This document shows positions 18,306 through 27,687 of a stretch of DNA of 46,646 bases, in pieces. Source of the DNA: an uncultured Thermodesulfovibrio sp. (GTDB taxonomy: Bacteria > Nitrospirota > Thermodesulfovibrionia > Thermodesulfovibrionales > JdFR-85); NCBI GenBank assembly GCA_964391515.1, contig CAYMML010000003.1, positions 1 through 46,646 on the forward strand, in the 5' to 3' direction. Below the pieces are notes generated by a model, which saw only the letters and a list, made by a program, of their open reading frames with translations, made no database searches and was not told where the DNA came from. Positions within the stretch are counted from its first letter, which is position 1. Each line of letters begins with the position of its first letter. The position numbers and the translations under genes are program-made.

Positions 18306-18888
18306 GGTTGATTTTTATATATGCAGAGTTCCTCAGTTCTTCTAAGTGCCTCCTGAGCCTCCTGTTTACCTCTGTTTCCAGAAGCAGTTTCTCGATCCGG
18401 TCATAAACGGCATCTAATCCAACCCCCTCAAACCTGTCTCTGTTTTCGTTGTAGTACCTCCTCACATCCTCTCTACCGATCTTGACAAAAGACCTGACCT
18501 TGACACTTATGTACCGCTGGATCGTCTCATCATCATCCTGCATAACAATGTTCATCCTCCTTGCATCACGGAGGATCAGGTGCCTGTTAATCAGGGTTTC
18601 AAGCGCCTCGGTCTTCGTAACATCGGGTGTTATTGCCCTGAGTGACTGGTAGTAAAGTTCAAACTCTCTGAGTGTTATCGCATCATCATCAACCGATGCC
18701 ACCACCCTATCTATAACCATGACGGTTGCCGTGAGGTGGTTGGATAGCAGGAAAAGAAACATAATAAGAGATACCATAAACACAAAGGCCTTTTTTGACT
18801 TCACAAACCACTTTTTAGAAGGCATGGCCGATACTGAAGTGTATTTCACCAGCACTCTCCTTTCTCTCCCTGTCGAGTTTATAGCCAT
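18292..18888 (-). CDS. SurA N-terminal-domain-like periplasmic chaperone (no PPIase domain)
   Basis: Signal/TM segment (FVFMVSLIMFLFLL) followed by VVASVDDDAITLREFELYY…LINRHLILRDARR, resembling the SurA_N chaperone module. The start is uncertain: candidates are ATG 18888, GTG 18849 (AGGAG 7 nt upstream) and ATG 18825. It lies immediately downstream of bamA. Confidence 0.6.
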   Translation of the reverse strand: MAINSTGRERRVLVKYTSVSAMPSKKWFVKSKKAFVFMVSLIMFLFLLSNHLTATVMVIDRVVASVDDDAITLREFELYYQSLRAITPDVTKTEALETLINRHLILRDARRMNIVMQDDDETIQRYISVKVRSFVKIGREDVRRYYNENRDRFEGVGLDAVYDRIEKLLLETEVNRRLRRHLEELRNSAYIKINLKEP

Positions 18889-21496
18889 AATCTATCCTGA
18901 TAGGTCCGACAGGGGTATTGTATCTGAGCCCTACCCCTGCCGTCTCTCTAAGCCGGAAATTCATACCCTTTAGTCTTCTCCAGACGTTACCAGCATCAAT
19001 AAACACGACAGCCCCAAGGCTTTTCCAGATCGGCATCCGCAACTCCAGACTACCCATTAAAAAGGCGTTGCCACCCTTGGGGTCACCATCCTCCGTCTTC
19101 GGCCCAAGTTCATCCTGTGGAAAGCCCCGCACAGAGTTTCTTCCACCAAGGAAAAACCTCTCCACAAGTGGAAGGTCCTTTGTGTCATTAAACCCCTGCG
19201 CAACTCCACCTTTTATCTGAACCGCAAGGACCGTACCCTTCCAGAGTTCTCTGAAGATGCTACCCTGGGCGGTTAGTTTCACAAAGTCCGTCTCTCCAAG
19301 GAGATATGTACTTGCCACCTTTAGTGAAACACCCACCAGCATCCCCTTATGGGGCTCAAATAGATTATCCCTCGTATCATACAAAAGGGCAGGCTTTATG
19401 GCACTTATTGCAAGAGTGCCTCTGTCTTCCTTTGAAAGCACAACCCCCTTGCTAACATCAAAGGTGTCAACCAGAGAGAAACTGTAGGTAAGTTCACCCT
19501 TGAGATGCGATGATATCTCCCTTGACAGGGATAACTCCGCCGAGTACCTCCTTAACTTGTATCTTGTCTTACCTGTATCTATGCTTATCTCTTTTTTATA
19601 ACTTCCGAGAAGGAGTGCATTAAACCTGACCTTTCTTCCAAACAGGTAGGGTTCATTGTAGTTTACACTCAGTAGTTGCCTCAGTTTACTCAGCCTTAAA
19701 AGCGTTGTAACCCTCCTGTTCATCCCCCAGAGGTTACGGTAACTCAAACTTACAAAACCACGCATCTTTTCGTATTCACCATAGCCAAAACCAAATTCAA
19801 ATATACCGGGTTTTCTCTCTTTCAGATCAATTATCACATCCCTCTTACCGCCCGGTCTATCCCCAAGTCTTATATTTACCCTTTCAAAGAGGCCTGTCTG
19901 GTAGAGTCTTTTTGAAAGTGAAGGAAAGAGCCTGTAGTCCGCCCTGTCGCCCTCTTTATAGTTTAACTCCCTGAGAATCACCCTGGAGTTTGTATCAAGA
20001 TTTCCCCTGATGATGGTCTTCCCGATGTATGAAGGTTCACCCTCATCAACATTTATGGTGACATTGACCACCTTTCCCTCCTCACCGGTCTTTATCCTGA
20101 GTCTTGCATCAAGATACCCCTTCTCTCTGTACCGGTTGATAACCCTTCTTCTTGCTTCATAAAGGTCAGCGGGGTTAAAAGGGGCATTGGGGCTTAAAGA
20201 TAGGATCTTTTTCAGTTCCTCATCTCCTATCACACTGTTTCCAACGAGCCTTAACTCACCAATAGTGTATACCTCACCTGGATCTATTTTCAGTTTTAGT
20301 GAAACCTCTTTATCCTGCTCATTGTATGAAAGTTCCCTCTCCACCACCCTCACATCCCTGTAACCAAGGGCGGACAGAAAGTCCTTCAGCCTCTCTTCGT
20401 CAGACACTGTATTGTCTGGGTTGAAGGGTTCACCTTCCCTGTTTTTCATGATCCCCTTCAGGCGCTCTAATAGTTCCCCTCCGATCGCTTGTGTGGTAAC
20501 ACCGATATCTACCTTACCCACCCTGTATCTGTCTCCTTCATGGATAAAGAAATCCACCTCTTTAGAATCATCCGTCTCTGTTATTACCGGTGCCACCTGC
20601 GCCTTGGGGAACCCCCTTTTATGGTATTCTTTCAGTATCTTCGAGGCATTTTCATCCACCGCCTCCTCATCTACCCCCCTGTACTGGCTGAAATCCACGA
20701 TATCCGAAAGGTCATCGTCACTGATCATGTCGTTGCCGGTAAACCTCACTATCAGCCTCTTGCCGGTCTTGATGGATATGGTCAGGACACCCTGCTCATA
20801 GGTGTAGGGGCCTACAGAGGCAAACTCATACCCCTTGGCTCTGAAGTGCTCCTGGAGTCTTTTCAACTCCTCCTGGATCACACTCTGATCGTAAACATCC
20901 CCTACGGAAAACCCTATATCGGCCTTTATCCACTGGGGGTAGCCTTCAATCACAATGGATTCTATCACCTCTGGCCTTCCTTCGGATATATTTATTGAAA
21001 GGTCAACATACGGAGAGTTGGGTCTTTCACTTACATCAATCAGCACCTGCGCTTCTGGATAACCCCTTAAGCGGTAATAATCAATAACTGCATCCCTTGC
21101 CCTTCCTACCATCTCATATCTCAGGACATCCCTCTCTTTAAAGGGAAGTGTATTAATGATCTCCTTATCGGAAAAGGAATCATTTCCCGTCACATCAATA
21201 CTCCCGATAAACCTCCTCTCCTTTACTCTTATTATCAGGTCCCCATCCTCCCGGTAGACAACTATGTCGTCAAAAAGCCCCTTTTTGAAAACCCTCTTAA
21301 TGCCTTCTGTAACGATATCAGGGCTAACTCCCACCTCATCAATGCCCATGAGGTAAAGAAACTCATCTCTGCCCATAAGATGAAGCCCCTCAACCCTTAC
21401 CGACCCTGTACTTTTCTTCCCCTCAGGACCGGCATAGACATTAACAGGCATAGTGATAGAAATTATCAGTACTATTATGGCGGTTATCCTTCTCAT
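18815..21496 (-). CDS. bamA: Outer membrane protein assembly factor BamA (Omp85 family)
   Basis: 893 aa with a signal peptide, multiple POTRA-like repeats and a C-terminal Omp85 barrel ending …GEIHFSIGHAF (aromatic terminal residue). Confidence 0.9.
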   Translation of the reverse strand: MRRITAIIVLIISITMPVNVYAGPEGKKSTGSVRVEGLHLMGRDEFLYLMGIDEVGVSPDIVTEGIKRVFKKGLFDDIVVYREDGDLIIRVKERRFIGSIDVTGNDSFSDKEIINTLPFKERDVLRYEMVGRARDAVIDYYRLRGYPEAQVLIDVSERPNSPYVDLSINISEGRPEVIESIVIEGYPQWIKADIGFSVGDVYDQSVIQEELKRLQEHFRAKGYEFASVGPYTYEQGVLTISIKTGKRLIVRFTGNDMISDDDLSDIVDFSQYRGVDEEAVDENASKILKEYHKRGFPKAQVAPVITETDDSKEVDFFIHEGDRYRVGKVDIGVTTQAIGGELLERLKGIMKNREGEPFNPDNTVSDEERLKDFLSALGYRDVRVVERELSYNEQDKEVSLKLKIDPGEVYTIGELRLVGNSVIGDEELKKILSLSPNAPFNPADLYEARRRVINRYREKGYLDARLRIKTGEEGKVVNVTINVDEGEPSYIGKTIIRGNLDTNSRVILRELNYKEGDRADYRLFPSLSKRLYQTGLFERVNIRLGDRPGGKRDVIIDLKERKPGIFEFGFGYGEYEKMRGFVSLSYRNLWGMNRRVTTLLRLSKLRQLLSVNYNEPYLFGRKVRFNALLLGSYKKEISIDTGKTRYKLRRYSAELSLSREISSHLKGELTYSFSLVDTFDVSKGVVLSKEDRGTLAISAIKPALLYDTRDNLFEPHKGMLVGVSLKVASTYLLGETDFVKLTAQGSIFRELWKGTVLAVQIKGGVAQGFNDTKDLPLVERFFLGGRNSVRGFPQDELGPKTEDGDPKGGNAFLMGSLELRMPIWKSLGAVVFIDAGNVWRRLKGMNFRLRETAGVGLRYNTPVGPIRIDYGYKLDRERKESAGEIHFSIGHAF

Positions 21497-24400
21497 CTGA
21501 ACTCAAATCTGAACTTTATATCTGCACCGACCGCCCCATTTTCATCCCTCTCTCCGGTTAGAGAGGTGGACCGGTTCAGTACAAACTCGAGTTTCAGTAT
21601 CTGCTCTGCCTCCTCATCTATGGTGGTGGTGTAGGTAACATAAAGTTTGTCTGACAAAAGCCGCTTTGAAACGGTCACCTTTGGGCCTATCTTCCCGGTG
21701 GTCTCCGACACATAGGGCTCCACCAGTATCCGGTCAAAACCTGTAAGAGAACGCACGCGTTCCTCAAGCACATCCTGCAACCCCCCCGTAAGGAACTGTG
21801 TCGCCTCGGAAACTCCCACCCCACCCTCAATGCCCTTAACCTCAGCCCCCAGTTTTCCGATGGTAAGCAGGCTGATGATATCCACCTCGTCCAGAATGGG
21901 GTCAGAAGAAAGAGACATATCAAACTGATCGGGATACCCCTTAAGGGTAAGCATAATATCGTAATCCCTTATCCTGGTCGTTGCGGTTACGGTTATATAG
22001 GGGTTTATCCTTGTCGGGTCAGTAAAGTCTGCACTTGCGCTCAGAATCTGAAACTCGTTGTTTCTGAAAAACATCTTACCTGAGCCGAGTTCAAGCCTAC
22101 CAAGCAATCCTGGGTTTTCAGGGGTACCGGTAAGGACGAGATCAAGGCTAACGGGGGCATTTATTATATTGTTAATTATACTAATCCCTTCACCACCTAC
22201 CAGATTCAGATTAAGAGATATATTCTTTAGAGGTAGCGGTAGATCAACCCCCCGGTACTCTTTCCTTCCGGGGAGAAATATGCCTGTCCACCCCAGATCC
22301 TTCCTGTAAACACCTTCAAGCACCCTGACCTCCCCAATCAGATCTGCGGTCTTTCCCCTTCTTATCAACGATGCCGACCCATCAAGCAGGAAGTCGAACT
22401 CCCCCGGTCTTTTGAACCTCAACCTCCTTATGCGAGACTCGAACCTGAAATCCCTGAGACTGAAACCCGACACATCACCTGTGCCGGTTACATCAACATC
22501 CCCTCCACCGTACTTAAAGGAGAGGTCATCAAGTATAAGACGGTTGTGGTATATGTAGGCATAGGCATTGAAAGCCCTTATTCTTCCCGGTAGCCCCTGT
22601 AGGGCACAGGCAACCCTCTCAAGAATAACCCCCCCGTTAAGCTCCGGTGTATCCCATCCACCTGTGATGGAGAGGACAAACTCCGCCCTCCCCTTCAGAT
22701 ACTCAACTCCCGGCAAAAACCACTTGAGCGGCCCAAGTTCCGTATCACCCGATACAGAAATATTGTAACCATCCCTGATCCCTACCCCACCGGTTACAGT
22801 AAACTCCGCAGGCCCTGCCTTTAACTTCATCTGCTTTATACCAACCCCTCCATCATCCATAATCAACACAACCTCCCCAACATTTGTGATAACCGCCTCA
22901 TCAAGCGTAAACTGTAACCTCACCAGGTTAAGCCCACCTTCGAGCCTACCTTTTTTCCCTTCTACATGTGCCTCTCCACTAAGAGAAAAAAGGGCTGTAT
23001 CCGGCACCCCTGGAAAGAGGTATCTGAGATACCTGCCATAATCACCATCCTTTATCCTGAGGCGCCCCCCCCATTCAATACCCTCTCCAAGACGGGCATA
23101 GCCCTCTAAAACCCCAAGGTCATCAAAAAACAACCCGTCAACCTTTACATCCCCTTTTTTAAAGTATATGTTCAATTTGCCAAGTCTGCCCATTCCCCCC
23201 TCTTCAGGCCAGAGGAGTTCACCCCTGAAGATACCCATCCCCGGCAACCCGCCTTCACCAACACTCCCGTTACCTCTTATCACCAGAGAGTCTGGAAGGA
23301 TGGGATAAATATCACCTATATAGACCTCATAGTTGAGTCTCCCCTCTCTAACCCCCACATCCTTATCCATTGAGACCTCACCCCTTACATATGACCTTCC
23401 GAAAAGGAGATCAAGGTTTTCTAACTTTACACCCTTTTCTCCTACTCTGAAGGCAGCATGCATATGGCCGGTGATATCTATTCCTGGCCTTCTCAGGTCT
23501 CCAACCTCAATACTTCCTGATATCGTCAGGGCTTCCGGGGTTCCGTTTATTTCCAGCCTGCCATCAGATAGCCCTTCAAAGCCGGTGCTGATATCCGCCA
23601 GAGACGACACCGTCTCAAGGGGAAGGTTTGAAAATACACCCTTCAGCATGATATCCGGCCGATCGAATCTGAGTATCTCCATCTCAGGCTCCTTTATCAG
23701 GGCTTTAAAACTGAACTTCCACTTATCCCTTCCCAGAACTGCATCGCTCAGACGAAGGATGCCCGGCTCATGGTGTATTTTCATACTTGAGCAACCGAGA
23801 TCGGTTTTACCATACCTCACTTTGCAGAGTTCCGCAGTACCGTTTATCTCAGGCCGCCTGAGCGAGCCACCAATCTTCCCCCTGAAAACCCCAACACCAT
23901 CAAGGTCATGTATTTTTACCACCTCCTCAACCCTCGTTGTGGAAAGCACCGCAGACATCCCAATCTCCTCACTATCCAAGTCAACCACCCCTTTGAGGCT
24001 CAGATGAGAAAAGGGGGAAAAGACCTCAAGCGTCTCAAACCTGATCCTCTCACCCCTTTTTCTGAACCTCCCCTTTATGCTCTCTATAATACTCAGTGCA
24101 TCACCTGATAATTTGTTTGCCAAATCCGATTCCCTCTCAAAAAAGAACTCCCCCTCCGGCTGGAAGTTTTCCCCCTCAGAGTGTAGCCACCCCTTTACCC
24201 TTCCATCGGGGATACCGGGGTTCCACCCTATCAGATTCAAAAGGTCCCTCCCCCTGAGGTTTCTCCCCTTTACATCAAGGGAGTACCAGTCAACCACAGG
24301 CAGGCGGATCACCACCTCAACATCCGCACCACCCCCATAGGCACTGACACTGCCGTCTTTGAAGTACATCCTCCCGTCTTCATAATGTATTGTGCATCTC

Positions 24401-25467
24401 ACTGAATCAGTATCAACACCGTAAAGGTGCCCCTTTTGCATACTGGCATCCAGATCGGAAACGGGTTTAGCCCCCTCTCCCGATATTTTGCCTTCAAAGG
24501 ATACCCTCCCCCTGAGGGGCTCTGTTTCACCAAGTATACTCATAAGGTCCTCAAGGTAAATGCTGCCCTTCGCTGTGAGGTTATACTTCATCTCTTTCAG
24601 GATGTTCTCAATGCCGGTTTCTTTATTAACAGGTAGTTCCAGATCCCCTGAGATATTAACCTCCTGATCTGCCATCAGCCCCTTTCCACTTACCGCCGTG
24701 AAGAACCTCTCACCCGCCATCAGATTAACCTTCCCTTTAAAGACACCCCTTCGCTCCCTTCCAGTTATATCAAACCTCAAGTCCTCCCCCCTTAATCTCA
24801 GTGATCTGACCTCAACCCCCTCATCAGCACTCCTCAAAACGACCTCACCATGCCCCCGATATACAGTCTGCCCCCCTCTTACAATAATCACCTCAGGGGT
24901 AAGCACCCTGATCCTACCTGCCTGGAGATCAAGATCAAGGCTCACCGCTTGAGCCCCCACCATGAGGCCGGTATCCGCAACCCGGTAAGATACCACTCCC
25001 TGAAGGGCGTAAATATGTCCAACACTCACAGTCCACTTACCACCTCCCGGAACACCTCCCCCTTCCCTGAGTAACCGGATGAGGCCAAGAACCCTTTCAT
25101 CAACCCTGAAACCATTAACCTCTACCACCTGTATATTAAGCCTCTTTCTTATAAGAGGAAATAGATCAGGATAGATCAAGACCCGTTTTGCAACCATCAC
25201 CTTCCTTCCCCCCTCATACACACTCAAGCCCTCTAAACTCAGGTATGTAGGAAAGGGGTTAAACTCCACCCTTTCTACCTTTAGCCTAACACCAACCATC
25301 TCTGAGAGTGAGGGCAAGAACTCTCCTGTAAAATAGGCAGGAATAACCCTTTTTGAGAGCATCCAGGTAGACCAGATAAGCAGTGATACCATGAGGAGGA
25401 AGACCATCAAAAGTAGTCTTCCCCTCACACCACCCTTTTTTGATCTGCTTTTCCGCTCTCTATTCAT
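21493..25467 (-). CDS. tamB: Translocation and assembly module protein TamB (AsmA-like, DUF490 C-terminus)
   Basis: 1324 aa with an N-terminal TM anchor (LLLMVFLLMVSLLIWSTWML), a long beta-rich repetitive body and a TamB-type C-terminal domain ending …GADIKFRFEFR. Its stop overlaps the bamA start (ATGA). Confidence 0.85.
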   Translation of the reverse strand: MNRERKSRSKKGGVRGRLLLMVFLLMVSLLIWSTWMLSKRVIPAYFTGEFLPSLSEMVGVRLKVERVEFNPFPTYLSLEGLSVYEGGRKVMVAKRVLIYPDLFPLIRKRLNIQVVEVNGFRVDERVLGLIRLLREGGGVPGGGKWTVSVGHIYALQGVVSYRVADTGLMVGAQAVSLDLDLQAGRIRVLTPEVIIVRGGQTVYRGHGEVVLRSADEGVEVRSLRLRGEDLRFDITGRERRGVFKGKVNLMAGERFFTAVSGKGLMADQEVNISGDLELPVNKETGIENILKEMKYNLTAKGSIYLEDLMSILGETEPLRGRVSFEGKISGEGAKPVSDLDASMQKGHLYGVDTDSVRCTIHYEDGRMYFKDGSVSAYGGGADVEVVIRLPVVDWYSLDVKGRNLRGRDLLNLIGWNPGIPDGRVKGWLHSEGENFQPEGEFFFERESDLANKLSGDALSIIESIKGRFRKRGERIRFETLEVFSPFSHLSLKGVVDLDSEEIGMSAVLSTTRVEEVVKIHDLDGVGVFRGKIGGSLRRPEINGTAELCKVRYGKTDLGCSSMKIHHEPGILRLSDAVLGRDKWKFSFKALIKEPEMEILRFDRPDIMLKGVFSNLPLETVSSLADISTGFEGLSDGRLEINGTPEALTISGSIEVGDLRRPGIDITGHMHAAFRVGEKGVKLENLDLLFGRSYVRGEVSMDKDVGVREGRLNYEVYIGDIYPILPDSLVIRGNGSVGEGGLPGMGIFRGELLWPEEGGMGRLGKLNIYFKKGDVKVDGLFFDDLGVLEGYARLGEGIEWGGRLRIKDGDYGRYLRYLFPGVPDTALFSLSGEAHVEGKKGRLEGGLNLVRLQFTLDEAVITNVGEVVLIMDDGGVGIKQMKLKAGPAEFTVTGGVGIRDGYNISVSGDTELGPLKWFLPGVEYLKGRAEFVLSITGGWDTPELNGGVILERVACALQGLPGRIRAFNAYAYIYHNRLILDDLSFKYGGGDVDVTGTGDVSGFSLRDFRFESRIRRLRFKRPGEFDFLLDGSASLIRRGKTADLIGEVRVLEGVYRKDLGWTGIFLPGRKEYRGVDLPLPLKNISLNLNLVGGEGISIINNIINAPVSLDLVLTGTPENPGLLGRLELGSGKMFFRNNEFQILSASADFTDPTRINPYITVTATTRIRDYDIMLTLKGYPDQFDMSLSSDPILDEVDIISLLTIGKLGAEVKGIEGGVGVSEATQFLTGGLQDVLEERVRSLTGFDRILVEPYVSETTGKIGPKVTVSKRLLSDKLYVTYTTTIDEEAEQILKLEFVLNRSTSLTGERDENGAVGADIKFRFEFR

Positions 25468-26665
25468 ACCTCAGAGCCACTATCGGATCGTACTCCGCCG
25501 CCTTTTTTGCAGGATAGACACCGAAGAATATCCCCACAAACGCCGAAAAGACAAAGGCAAGCAATATACTCCACCAGGCTATCTCAGCCGGCAGAAAGGT
25601 TATAAACCGTGGAATGAGCCAGGAGACAACAGCACCTATCAGCACTCCTGCCATCCCGCCCGTCAGGCTAAGGAGGGTTGACTCTGTAAGAAACTGGATC
25701 ATTATGTCCATGCGCCTTGCCCCAATGGCCTTTCTTATACCTATCTCCCGGGTGCGCTCCCTGACGGATACGAGCATTATATTCATTATCCCAATCCCCC
25801 CCACAAGGAGTGATATTGCCGCAATCCCTGAAAGTACGGCGGTCATAATGTTGAGTATCTTTCCCATAACATCAAGCATCTCATCCTGACTCATTATTGT
25901 GAAGTCCTCTCTCCCGGCATGCCTCCTCCGGAGGACATCTCTGATCTCTCTCTTTGCATCCTGCACAAGGGACTCCTTCTTTGCCCTCACCGTTATGTTG
26001 AGAAGGGCATCGGTGTCAAACAACTCCTTTGCTACCGTGGTAGGTATAAACACCACATCGTCAAGATCATACCCAAGGGTAACGCCCTTTTTTTCCATTA
26101 TCCCAACAACCCTGAATCTTGCATCTCCTATCCTGATGCTTGCCCCAAGGGGGTTTTTCTCTCCAAACAGATCGTGTCTTACCGTTCTTCCAAGGACGCA
26201 TACACGCCTCTTTAGTTGTACATCCTCGGGTCTGAATGCCCTTCCAAAGGCGATATTCAGATTCCTTGCCGGGAAATACTCATCCGTAACCCCAACGATG
26301 TATGTGTCACGTTTGCGCTCAGAGAACTTCACCCAGGATGTACCCACCATCACCGGCACCGCATACTCTATGCTCCTGCTCCTCCTCTTTATTAGAAGGG
26401 CATCGTCATAAACCAGTTTTCTCACCGATGAAGTTCCCATATGCATCCCACCCTCTTTTGCGGTCTTTCCGGGAACCACAATGAGTATATTAGTGCCCAG
26501 TTCCCCCAGTGAACGCCTTATATACTTCCTTGCACCCTCACCTATGGAGACAAGCAGTATCACCGCCGCAACACCTATCACCACCCCGAGCATGGTGAGT
26601 AAAGACCTCATCCTGTTTGCCCGCAACGACTCTAAAGAAACCCTTGCCGTTTCAATTATATCCAT
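25460..26665 (-). CDS. MacB-type (FtsX family) ABC transporter permease with periplasmic core domain
   Basis: 401 aa. The N-terminus …SLESLRANRMRSLLTMLGVVIGVAAVI is followed by a ~220-aa periplasmic domain and a C-terminal FtsX 3-TM bundle with REIGIRKAIGA. It ends …VALRYE. Confidence 0.85.
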   Translation of the reverse strand: MDIIETARVSLESLRANRMRSLLTMLGVVIGVAAVILLVSIGEGARKYIRRSLGELGTNILIVVPGKTAKEGGMHMGTSSVRKLVYDDALLIKRRSRSIEYAVPVMVGTSWVKFSERKRDTYIVGVTDEYFPARNLNIAFGRAFRPEDVQLKRRVCVLGRTVRHDLFGEKNPLGASIRIGDARFRVVGIMEKKGVTLGYDLDDVVFIPTTVAKELFDTDALLNITVRAKKESLVQDAKREIRDVLRRRHAGREDFTIMSQDEMLDVMGKILNIMTAVLSGIAAISLLVGGIGIMNIMLVSVRERTREIGIRKAIGARRMDIMIQFLTESTLLSLTGGMAGVLIGAVVSWLIPRFITFLPAEIAWWSILLAFVFSAFVGIFFGVYPAKKAAEYDPIVALRYE

Positions 26666-26826
26666 ACCATCACACCCTGGGACTGATTCACTTACAGTTG
26701 TATAAAATCCTTAACCTTTTGCCTCAAATATCAATAACCCCCAATACCCCCTTTAAAAAAGGGGGTTCAAGGTCTCGCCACAGCAGAGACTGTGGAGTAT
26801 TCCAATTTTTAATAAAAATCACTTCC

Positions 26827-27510
26827 CTATACCAGGCAACCCTCTGAGCATATACCATCCCTTATCGTTACCACCCGCTGGGAATACCTTGCAACCTCCA
26901 TCTCATGTGTAACAAGGAGAATCGTGGTTCCATCCTCATGCAAGGCCTTGAAAATCTCCATTATCCCCCTGCCTGCCGCACTGTCTAAATTTCCTGTGGG
27001 CTCATCTGCAAGCAGCAGTATAGGAGAATTGATGAGTGCCCTTGCTATGGCAACCCTCTGCTGTTCTCCTCCAGAGAGTTCAGTCGGATGATGTTCCGCC
27101 CTGTCAAGGAGCCCCACCTTCTCAAGCATCTCAAATGCCCGTTCCTTTCTCCTTTTTCTCTCAACACCTGAATAAATAAGAGGCAATTCCACATTCTTCC
27201 ATGCAGGAAGTCTGGGAAGGAGATTGAAGTTCTGGAAGACAAACCCGATCTTTTCATTCCTCAGCCTTGCAAGGGCATCATCAGGGAGACCTTCCACCTC
27301 ATCATCTCCTATCCAGTACCGTCCCGAGGATGGTCTGTCAAGGCAGCCTATAATGTTAAGCAGCGTTGATTTCCCCGAACCTGAAGGGCCCATGATGGCA
27401 ATAAATTCACCCTCCTCCACTTCCATGTTGATCCCCTTCAGGACATCCACCACCCTGCTTCCAAGGGGGTAACTCTTTCTCACCTCCTCAAGTCTCAGAA
27501 GATAACCCAT
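26827..27510 (-). CDS. ABC transporter ATP-binding protein (MacB/LolD-like)
   Basis: 227 aa with Walker A GPSGSGKST, signature LSGGEQQRVAIARA and Walker B ILLADEPTGNLD. Confidence 0.88.
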   Translation of the reverse strand: MGYLLRLEEVRKSYPLGSRVVDVLKGINMEVEEGEFIAIMGPSGSGKSTLLNIIGCLDRPSSGRYWIGDDEVEGLPDDALARLRNEKIGFVFQNFNLLPRLPAWKNVELPLIYSGVERKRRKERAFEMLEKVGLLDRAEHHPTELSGGEQQRVAIARALINSPILLLADEPTGNLDSAAGRGIMEIFKALHEDGTTILLVTHEMEVARYSQRVVTIRDGICSEGCLV

Positions 27511-27616
27511 AGGTTTTTATTATCACATTTTCCTGTAAATGTTTGCAGAAGCCGGAATTCACATCTACAAGATATCAATTTCAAAGGTGGAACAAAATGA
27601 TAACCCTTCTTTATTC

Positions 27617-27646
27617 TTGACTTTTTCTCCTCAGGTGAAATAGGAT
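27617..27646 (+). promoter_or_regulatory. Candidate sigma70 promoter of aroC-aroK-transporter
   Basis: TTGACT (27617-27622), an 18-nt spacer, then TAGGAT (27641-27646), about 40 nt upstream of the aroC ATG. Confidence 0.35.
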
Positions 27647-27687
27647 TTACAAACACATTTTCCTTAGTTGAGATAGAAAATCCTTAA

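Noticed and set aside
26724-26822. 32-codon GTG-initiated ORF (MIFIKNWNTPQSLLWRDLEPPFLKGVLGVIDI) inside the ATPase-permease spacer
   Set aside because: There is no usable SD; AGGGAA abuts the GTG. The ORF is spanned by the two hairpins, and I recognise no family for the sequence. It is more likely an RNA structure than coding sequence.
27541-27552. Third copy of the operator half-site (GTTTGCAGAAGC) in the ABC/aroC divergent region
   Set aside because: Only one half of the TTTGCA-N4-TGCAAA dyad is present, and the other arm reads CCGGAA. A single 10-mer match could be chance, so it is kept only as a note for a genome-wide motif search.
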